DNA of 64,000 nucleotides from Nitrosopumilaceae archaeon (GTDB lineage: Archaea; Thermoproteota; Nitrososphaeria; Nitrososphaerales; Nitrosopumilaceae), in the NCBI GenBank assembly GCA_965207375.1, contig OZ242274.1, positions 32,001 through 96,000 on the forward strand. Reading direction: 5' to 3'. Within the stretch, counting starts at the first letter, position 1; each line of letters starts with the position of its first letter. Shown in pieces: positions 37,723 through 48,098 of the stretch. Both the position numbers and the translations under genes were made by a program. The notes beneath the pieces are model-generated. The model saw only the letters and a list, made by a program, of their open reading frames with translations, made no database searches and was not told where the DNA came from.

Positions 37723-39909
37723 GTGAAAACATTATACTTTGCAGTTATTATGGCAGTTTCTATATCATTATTGTTTGGTGTTCAAACACCAGAGGCATTC
37801 TCCGAACATGGATTTTGCTATTACGCAGAAAGAACACCCAAAGTGGCTCATTGTGACCCCATACCTCCGCCAGTCAATAAAATGTCTGATCAGTTTTATA
37901 CAGATGATAAGGAGATAAACAAAGCCAGAGTCACACTAAACAATCCAGCTCACGGCGATCCTCTCACAGTAACTGTAACTCTAGATGAAGCAGCAAATGG
38001 AACAATAGAATTTTGGGTCCAAATTGATGACTGTCAATTATCTCACAGTTCCAAGCCACACGGTACAGCAAATAGATGTGATAATTCCAATATGGCCACA
38101 GTAGGTGGCACTAGCAGCGACACTGAAACATTTCCAACCTACGGCAGCGATGCCGACAAGGCCTCTAACACCAATCCTACCTACCTTCCTTTCCTATTCA
38201 AAAAGATAACCATCAATGAAGGGTCAAATACAGGTAGTGCCTCATGGGGTACAAATCTAGGAAATGTTGTAAATGGTGAATCACTACTTGTCAATGTTTC
38301 ACCAATAATACAACGCACTGCAGATAACCCATACCTCCATGAGTGGATAAATCCATTCAATCCATCAAATATAATACAAAGCAGCCAACATTATTGGGAG
38401 GCGGTCATTGGAGCAAAGTATACATTGCGGTTCAATGCTGGTACTACATCGGTACTAGAGGGTGAAAGGATTGTAGCACAGTTATCTGCATCACCTAATC
38501 CACAAACAGATGGAGATACGATACAAGTAAGATATTCTGTAACCCAAACAAGAGGAGCCTATGTAGCCAGTTCAAGCATAGGTACTTTTACAATCAATCT
38601 GTCATCTTCATCTCATATTATCCAGATTCACCAGAACTCTCCAGTATCGGGGGATCAAGGCGGTGGTGAGGTTGTATTTACGTTACTTCCTGGTAACGGA
38701 TATAGCATACATGGATCGAGTAGTGAGACATTCCTAATATCTGACACTGAGAGTGGCGGTGACAGTGGCATCAAATCTGGCGTTCCAATACCAGAAAATC
38801 CGTATGATGAAATTGATCCATCAGTAATAGACGGTGCAAAGATAATGGCAGCACAAACACAGCTTGGTGCAGAACACGTTGATTTATGGAATAGGGTCTT
38901 GGCAGCATTTGGAGTGATACAACATGACAATCCTATGACTGTAGAAGAGGCTCTAGCCAATGTAGAAAAATACAGCAACGTGCCATTTTGGAATTTGGTA
39001 TATGAAGAATTAAAGAAATTAGAGGCTGCAAGGGATACTGCGTCACAGCAACAACAGCAGCAGCAGCAAAATGCAACACAAAACACACCACAGCAAAACC
39101 AAACACAACCAGTACCGACACAAAACGAACAATTCTGCATCTTTGGTACTTGTTATGAAGAGCCAAAGAAACAAGACTCACCACAGCAACAGCCACAGGA
39201 AATACACGTACCACAAATTAATCATACATCAAATATCGCACAAGATACACCGATAATTGTACCAGAATCTATACCAATACCTACAGCTGACCCAGAACTA
39301 ATTGAGGACATAAAGTACCTTGCAAGTCAAGTACATCACGGTTTTAATCACGTTGACAGATGGAATAGAGCACTTGCAGCATTTGGAGTGATACAACATG
39401 ATAATCCACTTACTGCAACAGAGGCTCTGGCAAATACAAAGAAATACTCTAGTCCTTTATGGGTCAAGATTGCAAATATCTTACAAGAGCGTGAGGCTGC
39501 AATTGCACAACAACAACAGCAACAGCAACAGCAACAACAACAGCAGCAGCAGCAGCAAAATGCAACACAAAATACACCACCGCAAGAACCACAGGAAATA
39601 CACGTACCACAGGTTAACCAAACATCAGCCGTTGCTCAAGATTCACCACAGGTTGAACCAGTACCTACAGTTGAGCCAACACCTACAGTAGAACCAGTAC
39701 CTGAACCAACATATACGATAAATGCAACTCTGATTGAAGCTGTAAAAGAACAAGCTGATTTATGGAATAGAACACTTGCAGCATTTAACATTACAGAACA
39801 TGATAATCCTATGACTGCAGCTGAAGCCCAAAACAATACCCAAAAATATTCTAATCCACTATGGCAACATATAGCTGATGCCTTGAAGAAATTAGAGGCT
39901 ACAAAGTAA
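37723..39909 (+). CDS. Secreted/surface protein: signal peptide, Calx-beta-like domain, polyQ linkers, three copies of a 60-70-aa helical repeat
   Basis: Hydrophobic N-terminus ending EAFS; SVLEG...TLLPGNGYSI...ISD beta-sandwich pattern; WNRxLAAF-x4-HDNP[ML]T-x2-EA three times. Confidence 0.85.
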   Translation: MKTLYFAVIMAVSISLLFGVQTPEAFSEHGFCYYAERTPKVAHCDPIPPPVNKMSDQFYTDDKEINKARVTLNNPAHGDPLTVTVTLDEAANGTIEFWVQIDDCQLSHSSKPHGTANRCDNSNMATVGGTSSDTETFPTYGSDADKASNTNPTYLPFLFKKITINEGSNTGSASWGTNLGNVVNGESLLVNVSPIIQRTADNPYLHEWINPFNPSNIIQSSQHYWEAVIGAKYTLRFNAGTTSVLEGERIVAQLSASPNPQTDGDTIQVRYSVTQTRGAYVASSSIGTFTINLSSSSHIIQIHQNSPVSGDQGGGEVVFTLLPGNGYSIHGSSSETFLISDTESGGDSGIKSGVPIPENPYDEIDPSVIDGAKIMAAQTQLGAEHVDLWNRVLAAFGVIQHDNPMTVEEALANVEKYSNVPFWNLVYEELKKLEAARDTASQQQQQQQQNATQNTPQQNQTQPVPTQNEQFCIFGTCYEEPKKQDSPQQQPQEIHVPQINHTSNIAQDTPIIVPESIPIPTADPELIEDIKYLASQVHHGFNHVDRWNRALAAFGVIQHDNPLTATEALANTKKYSSPLWVKIANILQEREAAIAQQQQQQQQQQQQQQQQQNATQNTPPQEPQEIHVPQVNQTSAVAQDSPQVEPVPTVEPTPTVEPVPEPTYTINATLIEAVKEQADLWNRTLAAFNITEHDNPMTAAEAQNNTQKYSNPLWQHIADALKKLEATK

Positions 39910-40053
39910 ACATCTGTATCGTCTCTTTGTAACCGATGAAATCATACATAGATTCTATTCTACTTTGCAGGGGTTAACATATTTTTTTATTAAATTAAAT
40001 AGTTCAAATAATGACAAAAAAATACAGGGTTTAGATGGGACATTAACATTTTT

Positions 40054-40096
40054 GTATCTGTTAACGTTGTTTTGAATTTATAGTAATTTTAGGTAC
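40054..40096. repeat. 43-bp direct repeat, right copy
   Basis: gtatctgttaacgttgttttgaatttatagtaattttaggtac. Confidence 0.85.
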
Positions 40097-40239
40097 GAAA
40101 TTACTTTGCCGTCAAAAAATAAAAATTTAGTCGTGACGTTAACACTTTAGATCCAAATCACATTAGGTACCAAATTATACCATACGATATCAGACAGTAT
40201 TTGCACATTTCACAGTTTTGCCAAAAAATCACACACAAA

Positions 40240-40758
40240 TCAGTTGAGAATCTTTAGACTCCTAGACACCGAATAAAGTGTACGTTTAAGATTCTTGTCT
40301 GTCAGAGTATCCATTCTTTGGCGTAAAACTCGTTTTGCCTGATCTCGCTCGGTGCCTGCAGGCAAAGACAGCACACTGTTGATAATTTCAGGAATTGATT
40401 CTCTAATCCATCCGTCCAAAACAGAGTATACCCTTGGAGGAATTATCAATATACGTTCCTTGTCTAGATCTATGACATCTGTAAAATTTTCATGTTCTGC
40501 ACGATACACAAGTGCCAAAATACAGTTATCAGGGGTCGGATTTTCCAAAATTTCAATCGAGCGGGGGCCTGCCTTACCTTGTTTTACCTTGTTTTTCAAA
40601 CCTACAGGATTTACAGTTATTCCGTTAATGCCTATCTTTTTGTCCTGTACACCAGAAACTATACCAAAAAAGATATTCTTAAAATCGCCATCCTGTCTAG
40701 TTCCAAAAATATGTATGCCCTCTTTTAGAACGGGTTTTTTGTTAAACAACAAAATCAT
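40240..40758 (-). CDS. Hypothetical protein
   Basis: 172-aa ORF divergent from alaS; no motif recognised. Confidence 0.75.
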   Translation of the reverse strand: MILLFNKKPVLKEGIHIFGTRQDGDFKNIFFGIVSGVQDKKIGINGITVNPVGLKNKVKQGKAGPRSIEILENPTPDNCILALVYRAEHENFTDVIDLDKERILIIPPRVYSVLDGWIRESIPEIINSVLSLPAGTERDQAKRVLRQRMDTLTDKNLKRTLYSVSRSLKILN

Positions 40759-40827
40759 ATCACAGTATATCGTATTTATTTGATCGTAATCGACAATTCT
40801 TAATATCGGTCAATTACAGCCAAATCG

Positions 40828-43497
40828 TTGGACAAAAAAGAGATTCTAAAGGAATTTTCCTCAAAACCTGACAAACATTACAGTGTCAGACTATTCCAAG
40901 AACAAGGATTTGTAAGAAAGGCATGTATAAAGTGCAGAAGATTTTTTTGGACTCTAGATGATGGACGAAATTTGTGTCCAGATGACGGCAACGATACGTA
41001 CTCGTTTATTGGAGAGCCACCAACCTCAAAGAGATTTGACTATACACAAGCATGGAAGCAGATAGAAGAATTTTTTGTAAAAAATAACCACACATCAATA
41101 TCCCGATATCCCGTTGTTTGCCGCTGGCGGGACGACTTGTACTTTACAATAGCATCAATAGTAGATTTTCAAAGAGTGATGGGCTCAAAGGTTGTTTTTG
41201 AATTTCCTGCAAATCCGCTAATAGTTCCGCAGACATGTTTGAGATTCAAGGATTTAGAAAATGTTGGAGTCACCGGAAGGCATTTTTCAAGCTTTTGCAT
41301 GATAGGACAGCACAGTATTGCCGATACACATGGATACTGGAAGGACGAATGTGTAGATTTGGACTTTAGACTGTTAACTGATCAGTTTGGAATCAAAAAA
41401 GACGAGATAGTCTTTGTAGAGGATGTGTGGGCAGGCGGAGGCTCATTTGGACCCTCACTGGAATACTTTGTCAGAGGGCTTGAACTTGGAAACGCAGTAT
41501 TTACAGAATTTCAGGGCGAATTGGGACAACATACTACACTAGATCAGCGGGTAATCGACATGGGGGCAGGATTGGAAAGGTTTGCCTGGATTACCATGGG
41601 GACACCTACTGCCTATGACTGCTGTTTTGGTCCGATTAATCAGAAATTGTCTGAAAAAATCGGAGTCGATTCGGATTCTAAAATCCTACAGAGGTATTTT
41701 ACAGAAATTGCAAAGGCACTAGATAATTTTGAGGATCTCAATGATGTCAGACGCCATGCAATAAAGGCTACCGGTGTCACTGAATATCATCTAGACAAAA
41801 TGATAACACCCCTTGAGGGCGCATACCTGATAGCCGATCATTTACGGACACTAATCTTTGCAATTGCAGACGGCGCACTGCCAAGCAATGTCGGGGGAGG
41901 ATACAACCTAAGAATGATGGTTAGAAGAATCTATGCTACAATGGACAAATTGAATCTGAAACTAGACATTGATGAATTAATTGATGCCCACATTGATTAT
42001 CTCAAAAACACCTATCAGGAGTTAGACAGTAAAAGAGAGGATATCAAAAAAATTCTTAAAATTGAATCATCAAGATATATCGAGTCAAAAATACACATGG
42101 AGCAAAAGGCAGACAGAATCAGACAAAAAGGGACACTAGGTGTAGAGGAATTAATTACGCTTTACGAATCAGACGGAATTACGCCTGAATATCTCAAGGA
42201 AGTAAATGTAATCTCAGAGATTCCGTCATCATTTTATTCAAAATTATCTGACTTGCACCAGTCAGAGAGAGAAAAAGACACAACGGAGCTTCCACTTGGA
42301 GAGATATCAGAAACAAAAGCTCTCTTTTACAAAGATGATCCTATGGAGTTTGAGGCAAAGGTAGTAAAAGTATTTGATGATATGGTAGTGCTAGATAAAA
42401 CATCATTTTATGCAAGAGGCGGAGGTCAGGAGCCTGATCATGGAAGCATTGCAGGTTTTTATGTGTCAGATGTAAGCAAACACGCAGATATCATAGTTCA
42501 CAAGTTAGAGGGAGGAGTTCCAAACCAAGGAGATACGGTACAATGCAAAATAGATGTCACTAGGCGCTCTGAGATTACCAAAAATCACACTAGTACACAC
42601 ATCATAAATGCAGCATCTAGAAGTGTATTAGGATCATGGATATGGCAGCATTCGGCATTCAAAGATGATAATCATGCACGTTTGGACATTACACATCATT
42701 CCTCACTGACAAAGCAGCAGGTACAGCACATTGAGGATGCAGCAAATAATATAATAAAACAAAATCTTTTGGTAAATATAGAATATTTTGATCGTAGAAC
42801 TGCAGAACAAAAATATGGTTTTAGAATTTATCAGGGAGGCGTAGTTCCGGTAAAATCGGTAAGAATAGTCTCAATAGGAGATATAGATGTTGAGGCGTGT
42901 GGAGGAACGCATGTAAAAAGAACCGGAGACATTGAGCTGATAAAAATTACCAAAACCAAAAGGATTCAAGACGGCGTAGTCCGTTTGGAGTTTGTTTCAG
43001 GGCACCGTGCATACGATTATGTAAAAAGACTATACAAGAACACAATACAGCAGGAAGAAATTGACAAAAAAAGGGAAAAAATTCTGCAAGAGCGAGAAAC
43101 TAAAAGAGAGATAGCCCTAGAGAAAACGCCAAAACTTTTAGAGCAAATTATCTCAGGACAGTCAGGCACACTTGACGAAATAGAGGTAAGAGAAAAAAGA
43201 TGTTTTACCACAAGTAAACAATACAGTCAACGCTTTCACGTCGATTTTGGCAAAAAGTTAACCTTCAAGGAACCAAAGGCTGCATATTGTGGCATATTTG
43301 AGGCAGGTTCGACCATCAGAATAATAGTGTACTGCGGTGCAGAATCGGGGAAAAATGCAGAGCAGATTGCCAGAGAAATTGCTGCAATTCTTGGAGGCTC
43401 AAGCGGAGGAGATAGTAGATTTGCCCAAGGAGGAGCAAAGGACACACCTAAAAAAGACGAGGCAATATCAAAGGCAAAATCAATGATTTTAGAATGA
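40828..43497 (+). CDS. alaS: Alanine--tRNA ligase
   Basis: YFTIASI, VGVTGRH, DMGAGLER, editing motifs HTSTH and EACGGTH, GSSGGDSRFAQGG. Confidence 0.97.
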   Translation: MDKKEILKEFSSKPDKHYSVRLFQEQGFVRKACIKCRRFFWTLDDGRNLCPDDGNDTYSFIGEPPTSKRFDYTQAWKQIEEFFVKNNHTSISRYPVVCRWRDDLYFTIASIVDFQRVMGSKVVFEFPANPLIVPQTCLRFKDLENVGVTGRHFSSFCMIGQHSIADTHGYWKDECVDLDFRLLTDQFGIKKDEIVFVEDVWAGGGSFGPSLEYFVRGLELGNAVFTEFQGELGQHTTLDQRVIDMGAGLERFAWITMGTPTAYDCCFGPINQKLSEKIGVDSDSKILQRYFTEIAKALDNFEDLNDVRRHAIKATGVTEYHLDKMITPLEGAYLIADHLRTLIFAIADGALPSNVGGGYNLRMMVRRIYATMDKLNLKLDIDELIDAHIDYLKNTYQELDSKREDIKKILKIESSRYIESKIHMEQKADRIRQKGTLGVEELITLYESDGITPEYLKEVNVISEIPSSFYSKLSDLHQSEREKDTTELPLGEISETKALFYKDDPMEFEAKVVKVFDDMVVLDKTSFYARGGGQEPDHGSIAGFYVSDVSKHADIIVHKLEGGVPNQGDTVQCKIDVTRRSEITKNHTSTHIINAASRSVLGSWIWQHSAFKDDNHARLDITHHSSLTKQQVQHIEDAANNIIKQNLLVNIEYFDRRTAEQKYGFRIYQGGVVPVKSVRIVSIGDIDVEACGGTHVKRTGDIELIKITKTKRIQDGVVRLEFVSGHRAYDYVKRLYKNTIQQEEIDKKREKILQERETKREIALEKTPKLLEQIISGQSGTLDEIEVREKRCFTTSKQYSQRFHVDFGKKLTFKEPKAAYCGIFEAGSTIRIIVYCGAESGKNAEQIAREIAAILGGSSGGDSRFAQGGAKDTPKKDEAISKAKSMILE

Positions 43498-46371
43498 GTG
43501 ATGATTATGGAGATTGACTGGAATGCAATTGAGTGTAAGTGGAGGAGTAAATGGGCACAGGACAAGGATTTTGAGACGAATCCAAATGAAAAGCCAAAAA
43601 AATTCATCACAGTGGCATATCCATATCCAAACTCCCCGCAACACATAGGACACGGAAGAACATACACTCTAGCAGACGTTCATGCAAGATTTTACAGAAT
43701 GCAGGGATACAATGTACTGTTTCCAATGGGATTTCATTATACAGGAACACCAATACTTGGAATGGCAAAGAGAATTCAGGCAGGAGAAAGAGATATCCTT
43801 GATGGGTTGAAAAATATTTATCACGTACCTGAAGATGCAATCAAGACCTTTGTTGAGCCGATAAAGATTGCAGACTATTTTCACGAGGAGATAAAGTCTG
43901 GCATGATTGAGATGGGATATTCCATTGATTGGCGAAGAGAATTTACCACCGTGTCTCCGGGTTATCAAAAGTTTATCGAGTGGCAGATTACGGTCCTAAA
44001 GGAGAGAGGTAAAATCATACAGGGCTCGCATCCGGTAGGATGGTGTCCCGTTGATCAAAACCCAGTATCACAGCACGATACAATGGGCGACGTAGAACCC
44101 AAGATTGACGATAAAAATTTCCTGATCAAGTTTGGTTTTGAAGAATTTGTTTTTCCAGTTACAACGCTTCGGCCTGAAACAATTTTTGGAATAACTAATC
44201 TTTGGGTCAATCCAAATACCACATATAAAAAAATCAAGGCAGATGACCAAAGGTGGATAGTTTCAAAAGAATGTGCAAAAAAAATGGAATTTCTTGGAAA
44301 GAGGATCTCAATTGAGGGAGACATTGCAGGAACAGAACTGGCAGGAAAATACGCAGTGGCGCCTCACAACAGCCAAAAAATTCCAATTTTGGAGGCAGAC
44401 TTTGTAGAACCTGACATTGGGACGGGTCTGGTCATGTCTGTGCCTGCCCATGCGCCAAAAGACTATCAGGCATTAATGGATTTGAAGGCAAAAAATCACG
44501 AATTGGCATCAAAAATCGAGCCCATTGCAATCATTGCTACAAAAGGATACAGTCTGATTCCGGCAAAAGATATCTGTGACAGGCTTGGCATAACGGATCA
44601 AGCAGATAAAAGATTGGAAGAGGCAACAAACGAGCTGTACCTCAAAGAGTTTACCGGCGGAAGGCTAAATGAAAGATGCGGAAAATTTCAAAATATCGGA
44701 GTAAAGTTTGGACGAGATAAGGTAAGAGACTGGCTAGTTGAGAACAAACACCTAGAAGGATTTCCTGTACTTGAAAACGGTCCAATCAGATGCAGATGTG
44801 GGGCCCAATGCGTGGTAAAAATACTAAACAATCAATGGTTCCTAAATTATGGAGATGCTCAATGGAAGGATTTGGCGAGAAGTTGTTTTGACCAAATGAG
44901 TATTTTGCCTGGAAAAATCAAAACGGAATTTGCAGATGTAATTGATTGGCTTCACGAACGTGCATGCGCAAGGCAGCAGGGTCTTGGAACAAAGCTGCCA
45001 TGGGACAAAGACTGGATTGTCGAGAGCCTCTCAGACAGTGTAATTTACATGGCATACTATACGATATCAAGATTTGTAAATGATGCAACTATACTACCAG
45101 AAAATCTCACAAGGGAATTCTTTGATTATGTCTTTTTAGACAAGGGAGACGTTAATTTAGCAGCGAGTACGTCAAAGATTACAAAAGATACAATCGATAC
45201 GATAAAGAGAGAATTTTCATATTTTTATCCAGTAGACTCTAGGCATTCAGGAAGAGATTTGGTTCAAAATCATCTGTCGTTTTTTGTCTTAAATCATGTG
45301 GTAATATTTGACAAAAAACTGTGGCCCCAACAGATCGTAGTCAACGGTTCGGTCATGATGAAGGGGGCTAAAATGTCAAAAAGTATGGGAAATATCATTG
45401 CACTGCGAACCGCCATCCAAAACCATGGGGCAGATCCAATCAGATTGGCAATAATATCATCAGCGGAGCTGTTACAGGATGCCGATTTTAACATGGAATC
45501 AGTTTCAGCAATGCAGGCAAAACTAGAGTCGCTGCTAGAACAGTGCAAGGCACAGTCAGGCAAAATTGACAATTTGGAGGCAGAGGACAGATGGATTTTA
45601 TCCAAAACACATAACATGATAGCAGCAGTCACAGAATCCGTTGAAAAGATGAGACTTCGTGAGGCCTTGCACGATGTCCTGTTTGCCTTTGAGTCTGACT
45701 TGAACTGGTATACAAAAAGGGTAAAGGCCAAAAAAAGAGAGGATGTTTTTGCAATATTGCATCAGATTAATTCAGTAAGAGTTGCAATGTTGTCCCCGTT
45801 TGCACCGCACATAGCAGAAGAGATGTGGGAAAGGCTGGGATACTCGGAGATGGTATCAAAGTCTGGGTGGCCCCAATATGCCAAGGAGAATGTAGATACA
45901 GTCTCAATTCAGTCAGAGGAGCTGTTAAAAAATACAATTGAGGATATCGCAAATATTCTCAAAGTTACAAAAATTACACCACAAAAAATTGTAATTTATG
46001 TAAATTCAGACCAATTCAAGTACAAATTGTATCGCAGAGTATTAGAAATTATGACAGGAGGTCAGAGCAACATGGGGTCAATAATGAGGGAACTGATTGC
46101 AGACGCCGATACCGCAGATGCTAAAAAGATGCCTGAATACATTCAAAAAATAATAAAGGATCTGCACTCAGAATCAGAAAATATCAAGCAGATGAAACTA
46201 GAATCAGAATTTGATGAAAAAGAGTTTCTCTCAAGTGAGCTTGTCAAAATCGGCAGGTGTGAGTTTGGAGTAGATATCACAGTATATTCAGAATCAGACG
46301 AGAACATTTATGATCCAAAAGCAAAGGCAAAACATGCAAGGCCCTTCAAGCCTGCAATTTTGATTGAATGA
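43498..46371 (+). CDS. leuS: Leucine--tRNA ligase
   Basis: YPYPN...HIGH, TTLRPET, GTGLVMSVPAHAP, KMSKS; archaeal type. Confidence 0.96.
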   Translation: MMIMEIDWNAIECKWRSKWAQDKDFETNPNEKPKKFITVAYPYPNSPQHIGHGRTYTLADVHARFYRMQGYNVLFPMGFHYTGTPILGMAKRIQAGERDILDGLKNIYHVPEDAIKTFVEPIKIADYFHEEIKSGMIEMGYSIDWRREFTTVSPGYQKFIEWQITVLKERGKIIQGSHPVGWCPVDQNPVSQHDTMGDVEPKIDDKNFLIKFGFEEFVFPVTTLRPETIFGITNLWVNPNTTYKKIKADDQRWIVSKECAKKMEFLGKRISIEGDIAGTELAGKYAVAPHNSQKIPILEADFVEPDIGTGLVMSVPAHAPKDYQALMDLKAKNHELASKIEPIAIIATKGYSLIPAKDICDRLGITDQADKRLEEATNELYLKEFTGGRLNERCGKFQNIGVKFGRDKVRDWLVENKHLEGFPVLENGPIRCRCGAQCVVKILNNQWFLNYGDAQWKDLARSCFDQMSILPGKIKTEFADVIDWLHERACARQQGLGTKLPWDKDWIVESLSDSVIYMAYYTISRFVNDATILPENLTREFFDYVFLDKGDVNLAASTSKITKDTIDTIKREFSYFYPVDSRHSGRDLVQNHLSFFVLNHVVIFDKKLWPQQIVVNGSVMMKGAKMSKSMGNIIALRTAIQNHGADPIRLAIISSAELLQDADFNMESVSAMQAKLESLLEQCKAQSGKIDNLEAEDRWILSKTHNMIAAVTESVEKMRLREALHDVLFAFESDLNWYTKRVKAKKREDVFAILHQINSVRVAMLSPFAPHIAEEMWERLGYSEMVSKSGWPQYAKENVDTVSIQSEELLKNTIEDIANILKVTKITPQKIVIYVNSDQFKYKLYRRVLEIMTGGQSNMGSIMRELIADADTADAKKMPEYIQKIIKDLHSESENIKQMKLESEFDEKEFLSSELVKIGRCEFGVDITVYSESDENIYDPKAKAKHARPFKPAILIE

Positions 46372-46489
46372 ATCAGATTTTGTCATGTCCGAAGAGATGA
46401 CTATATGAACTGTACTTGTTCACGTAAGAGTTAATTTGTGTCTAAATATTATATAATGATTGAAAAATTAGGTATGAAATAAACAAGTA

Positions 46490-46772
46490 TGCCGAATTCA
46501 TTATCTATTTAATCGTGCATTATTCAAACAATTACGAAATCCAATTTTAGAATTTCTGAGCAAACATGATTATACAATATCCGATGTTATTTTTGAATGT
46601 GATAGTGATTGTAAATTTTACCAAGGATATCAGTTTACCATTTACTAACAAAGGAAAGATTCACATGATATCGGATATTGTTACATGGGCTAACAATAAA
46701 AACATCGAATCAGAGGGCGTAATACAACTTGATCTTAGAAATAAAATTTCCACTATATTACAAAACATGTGA
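46490..46772 (+). pseudogene. Possible frameshifted gene remnant
   Basis: Two overlapping protein-like frames (...LFKQLRNPILEFLSKHDYTISDVIFECDSDC and ...HMISDIVTWANNKNIESEGVIQLDL...) in AT-rich DNA next to a MITE. Confidence 0.3.
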
Positions 46773-46935
46773 ATAAATCAAATGCACAATAATCACATGA
46801 GCCCACGGTTCGCCAACGCAATGTTGGCCCGCAGGATTCGATTACGTGCAAATAATAAAACATTATTCTTAGATATTAAATTATTGTTTGTTTTTCAGAA
46901 AATTCATTAATACATTTAAAATATTTCTAATGTTT

Positions 46936-47036
46936 CAGCTAAGCGAAATGTGACCTAAATTCTTACCCCACCCATATTGTTCTATTTGCATTTAGGAATA
47001 GATTTTAGCCTATTTTATCCACATTTCGTTTAGCTG
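46936..47036. mobile_element. MITE family A, copy 3 (101 bp, inverted relative to copies 1 and 2)
   Basis: cagctaagcgaaatgt ... acatttcgtttagctg; the reverse complement aligns with 3136-3235. Confidence 0.85.
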
Positions 47037-47084
47037 ACTGTTTCAGAAAGTGTATTTATTAGGTCATGTGAGCCCAAAATCATC

Positions 47085-48098
47085 TTGAATATTGCAGTGA
47101 TGGGAATGGGAGTTGCAGGTTCGTATCTAATGGCAAGACTCGCAGATTCAGAACACACAGTTGTAGGGTATGAAAGAAATACCAAAGAAAGACACGACTC
47201 GATTTGTGCATGGGGAACAATCAAGCCGGTACTAGCAGAATTTTGTAAAAAGACGGGCAGAAATTTTGACGACTTTATGATTCATGACGGAAAAAGCATG
47301 CATGTCAAAATGAACAGTAACGTAAAATTCGACATTGGGTTGCACGGGTTGTGTACCTATGATAAATTAGGATTAATCAAGGATTTCATCAAGGATTCAA
47401 AAATAATTTATGGCAAATCCCCATCACTAGAAAAGTTGGAAGAAGAGTACGACATTATAGTAGACTGTACAGGATTTTCCAGAAGCTATTTGCCAAAGTT
47501 AAAGGAGGATTTTTTCCTGCCAACATATGAATACAAGGTAGAATATGAAAACGGGGTTCCCTATGATGACTTTTACATAGAACCGTTTCCTGGAATGTCA
47601 GGATACTTTTGGTACTTTCCATTGGGTAAAAACTGGGCGCATATAGGGGCAGGAGATTACAACAAGAATCACATAAAGGCAACAGATGAATTTTTAAAAA
47701 AACACGGAGGCCGCGTCCTAAAAACTAAGGGCCGCCCCATAAGACTTGCAACACCAGACAGGTGCAAGCCATTTTACAAGGGCAAAGTGGTAGGCGTAGG
47801 TGAGTCGATAGGTACAGTTTATGCCCTGCTAGGGGAGGGAATCATACCTAGCATGCAATGTGTCGATATTTTCCTAGAAAACATGCATGACTTTGCAAAA
47901 TACGAAAGGGAAGTAGACAAACACTATAGAGTGTATGCCAAGGTTTTCAAGTTTGTCAGGGCAAAAATCCACAAGGATTTTTCGTTTATAAGATCACTGC
48001 CTGACTTTATGACAATATTTCGATACATGAAGAAAAATGAGGACAGATTTGGCATGGATATCAAAATGGCAGACCTGATAAAGGTCGCAAAGGCCTAA
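47085..48098 (+). CDS. FAD-dependent oxidoreductase, geranylgeranyl reductase-like
   Basis: GMGVAGS, VDCTG, GYFWYFP, VGESIG...LLGEGI. Confidence 0.85.
   Translation: MNIAVMGMGVAGSYLMARLADSEHTVVGYERNTKERHDSICAWGTIKPVLAEFCKKTGRNFDDFMIHDGKSMHVKMNSNVKFDIGLHGLCTYDKLGLIKDFIKDSKIIYGKSPSLEKLEEEYDIIVDCTGFSRSYLPKLKEDFFLPTYEYKVEYENGVPYDDFYIEPFPGMSGYFWYFPLGKNWAHIGAGDYNKNHIKATDEFLKKHGGRVLKTKGRPIRLATPDRCKPFYKGKVVGVGESIGTVYALLGEGIIPSMQCVDIFLENMHDFAKYEREVDKHYRVYAKVFKFVRAKIHKDFSFIRSLPDFMTIFRYMKKNEDRFGMDIKMADLIKVAKA

Noticed and set aside
38655-39214. Minus-strand poly-Cys and poly-Ala ORFs
   Set aside because: Antisense readings of the CAA/CAG polyQ tracts.
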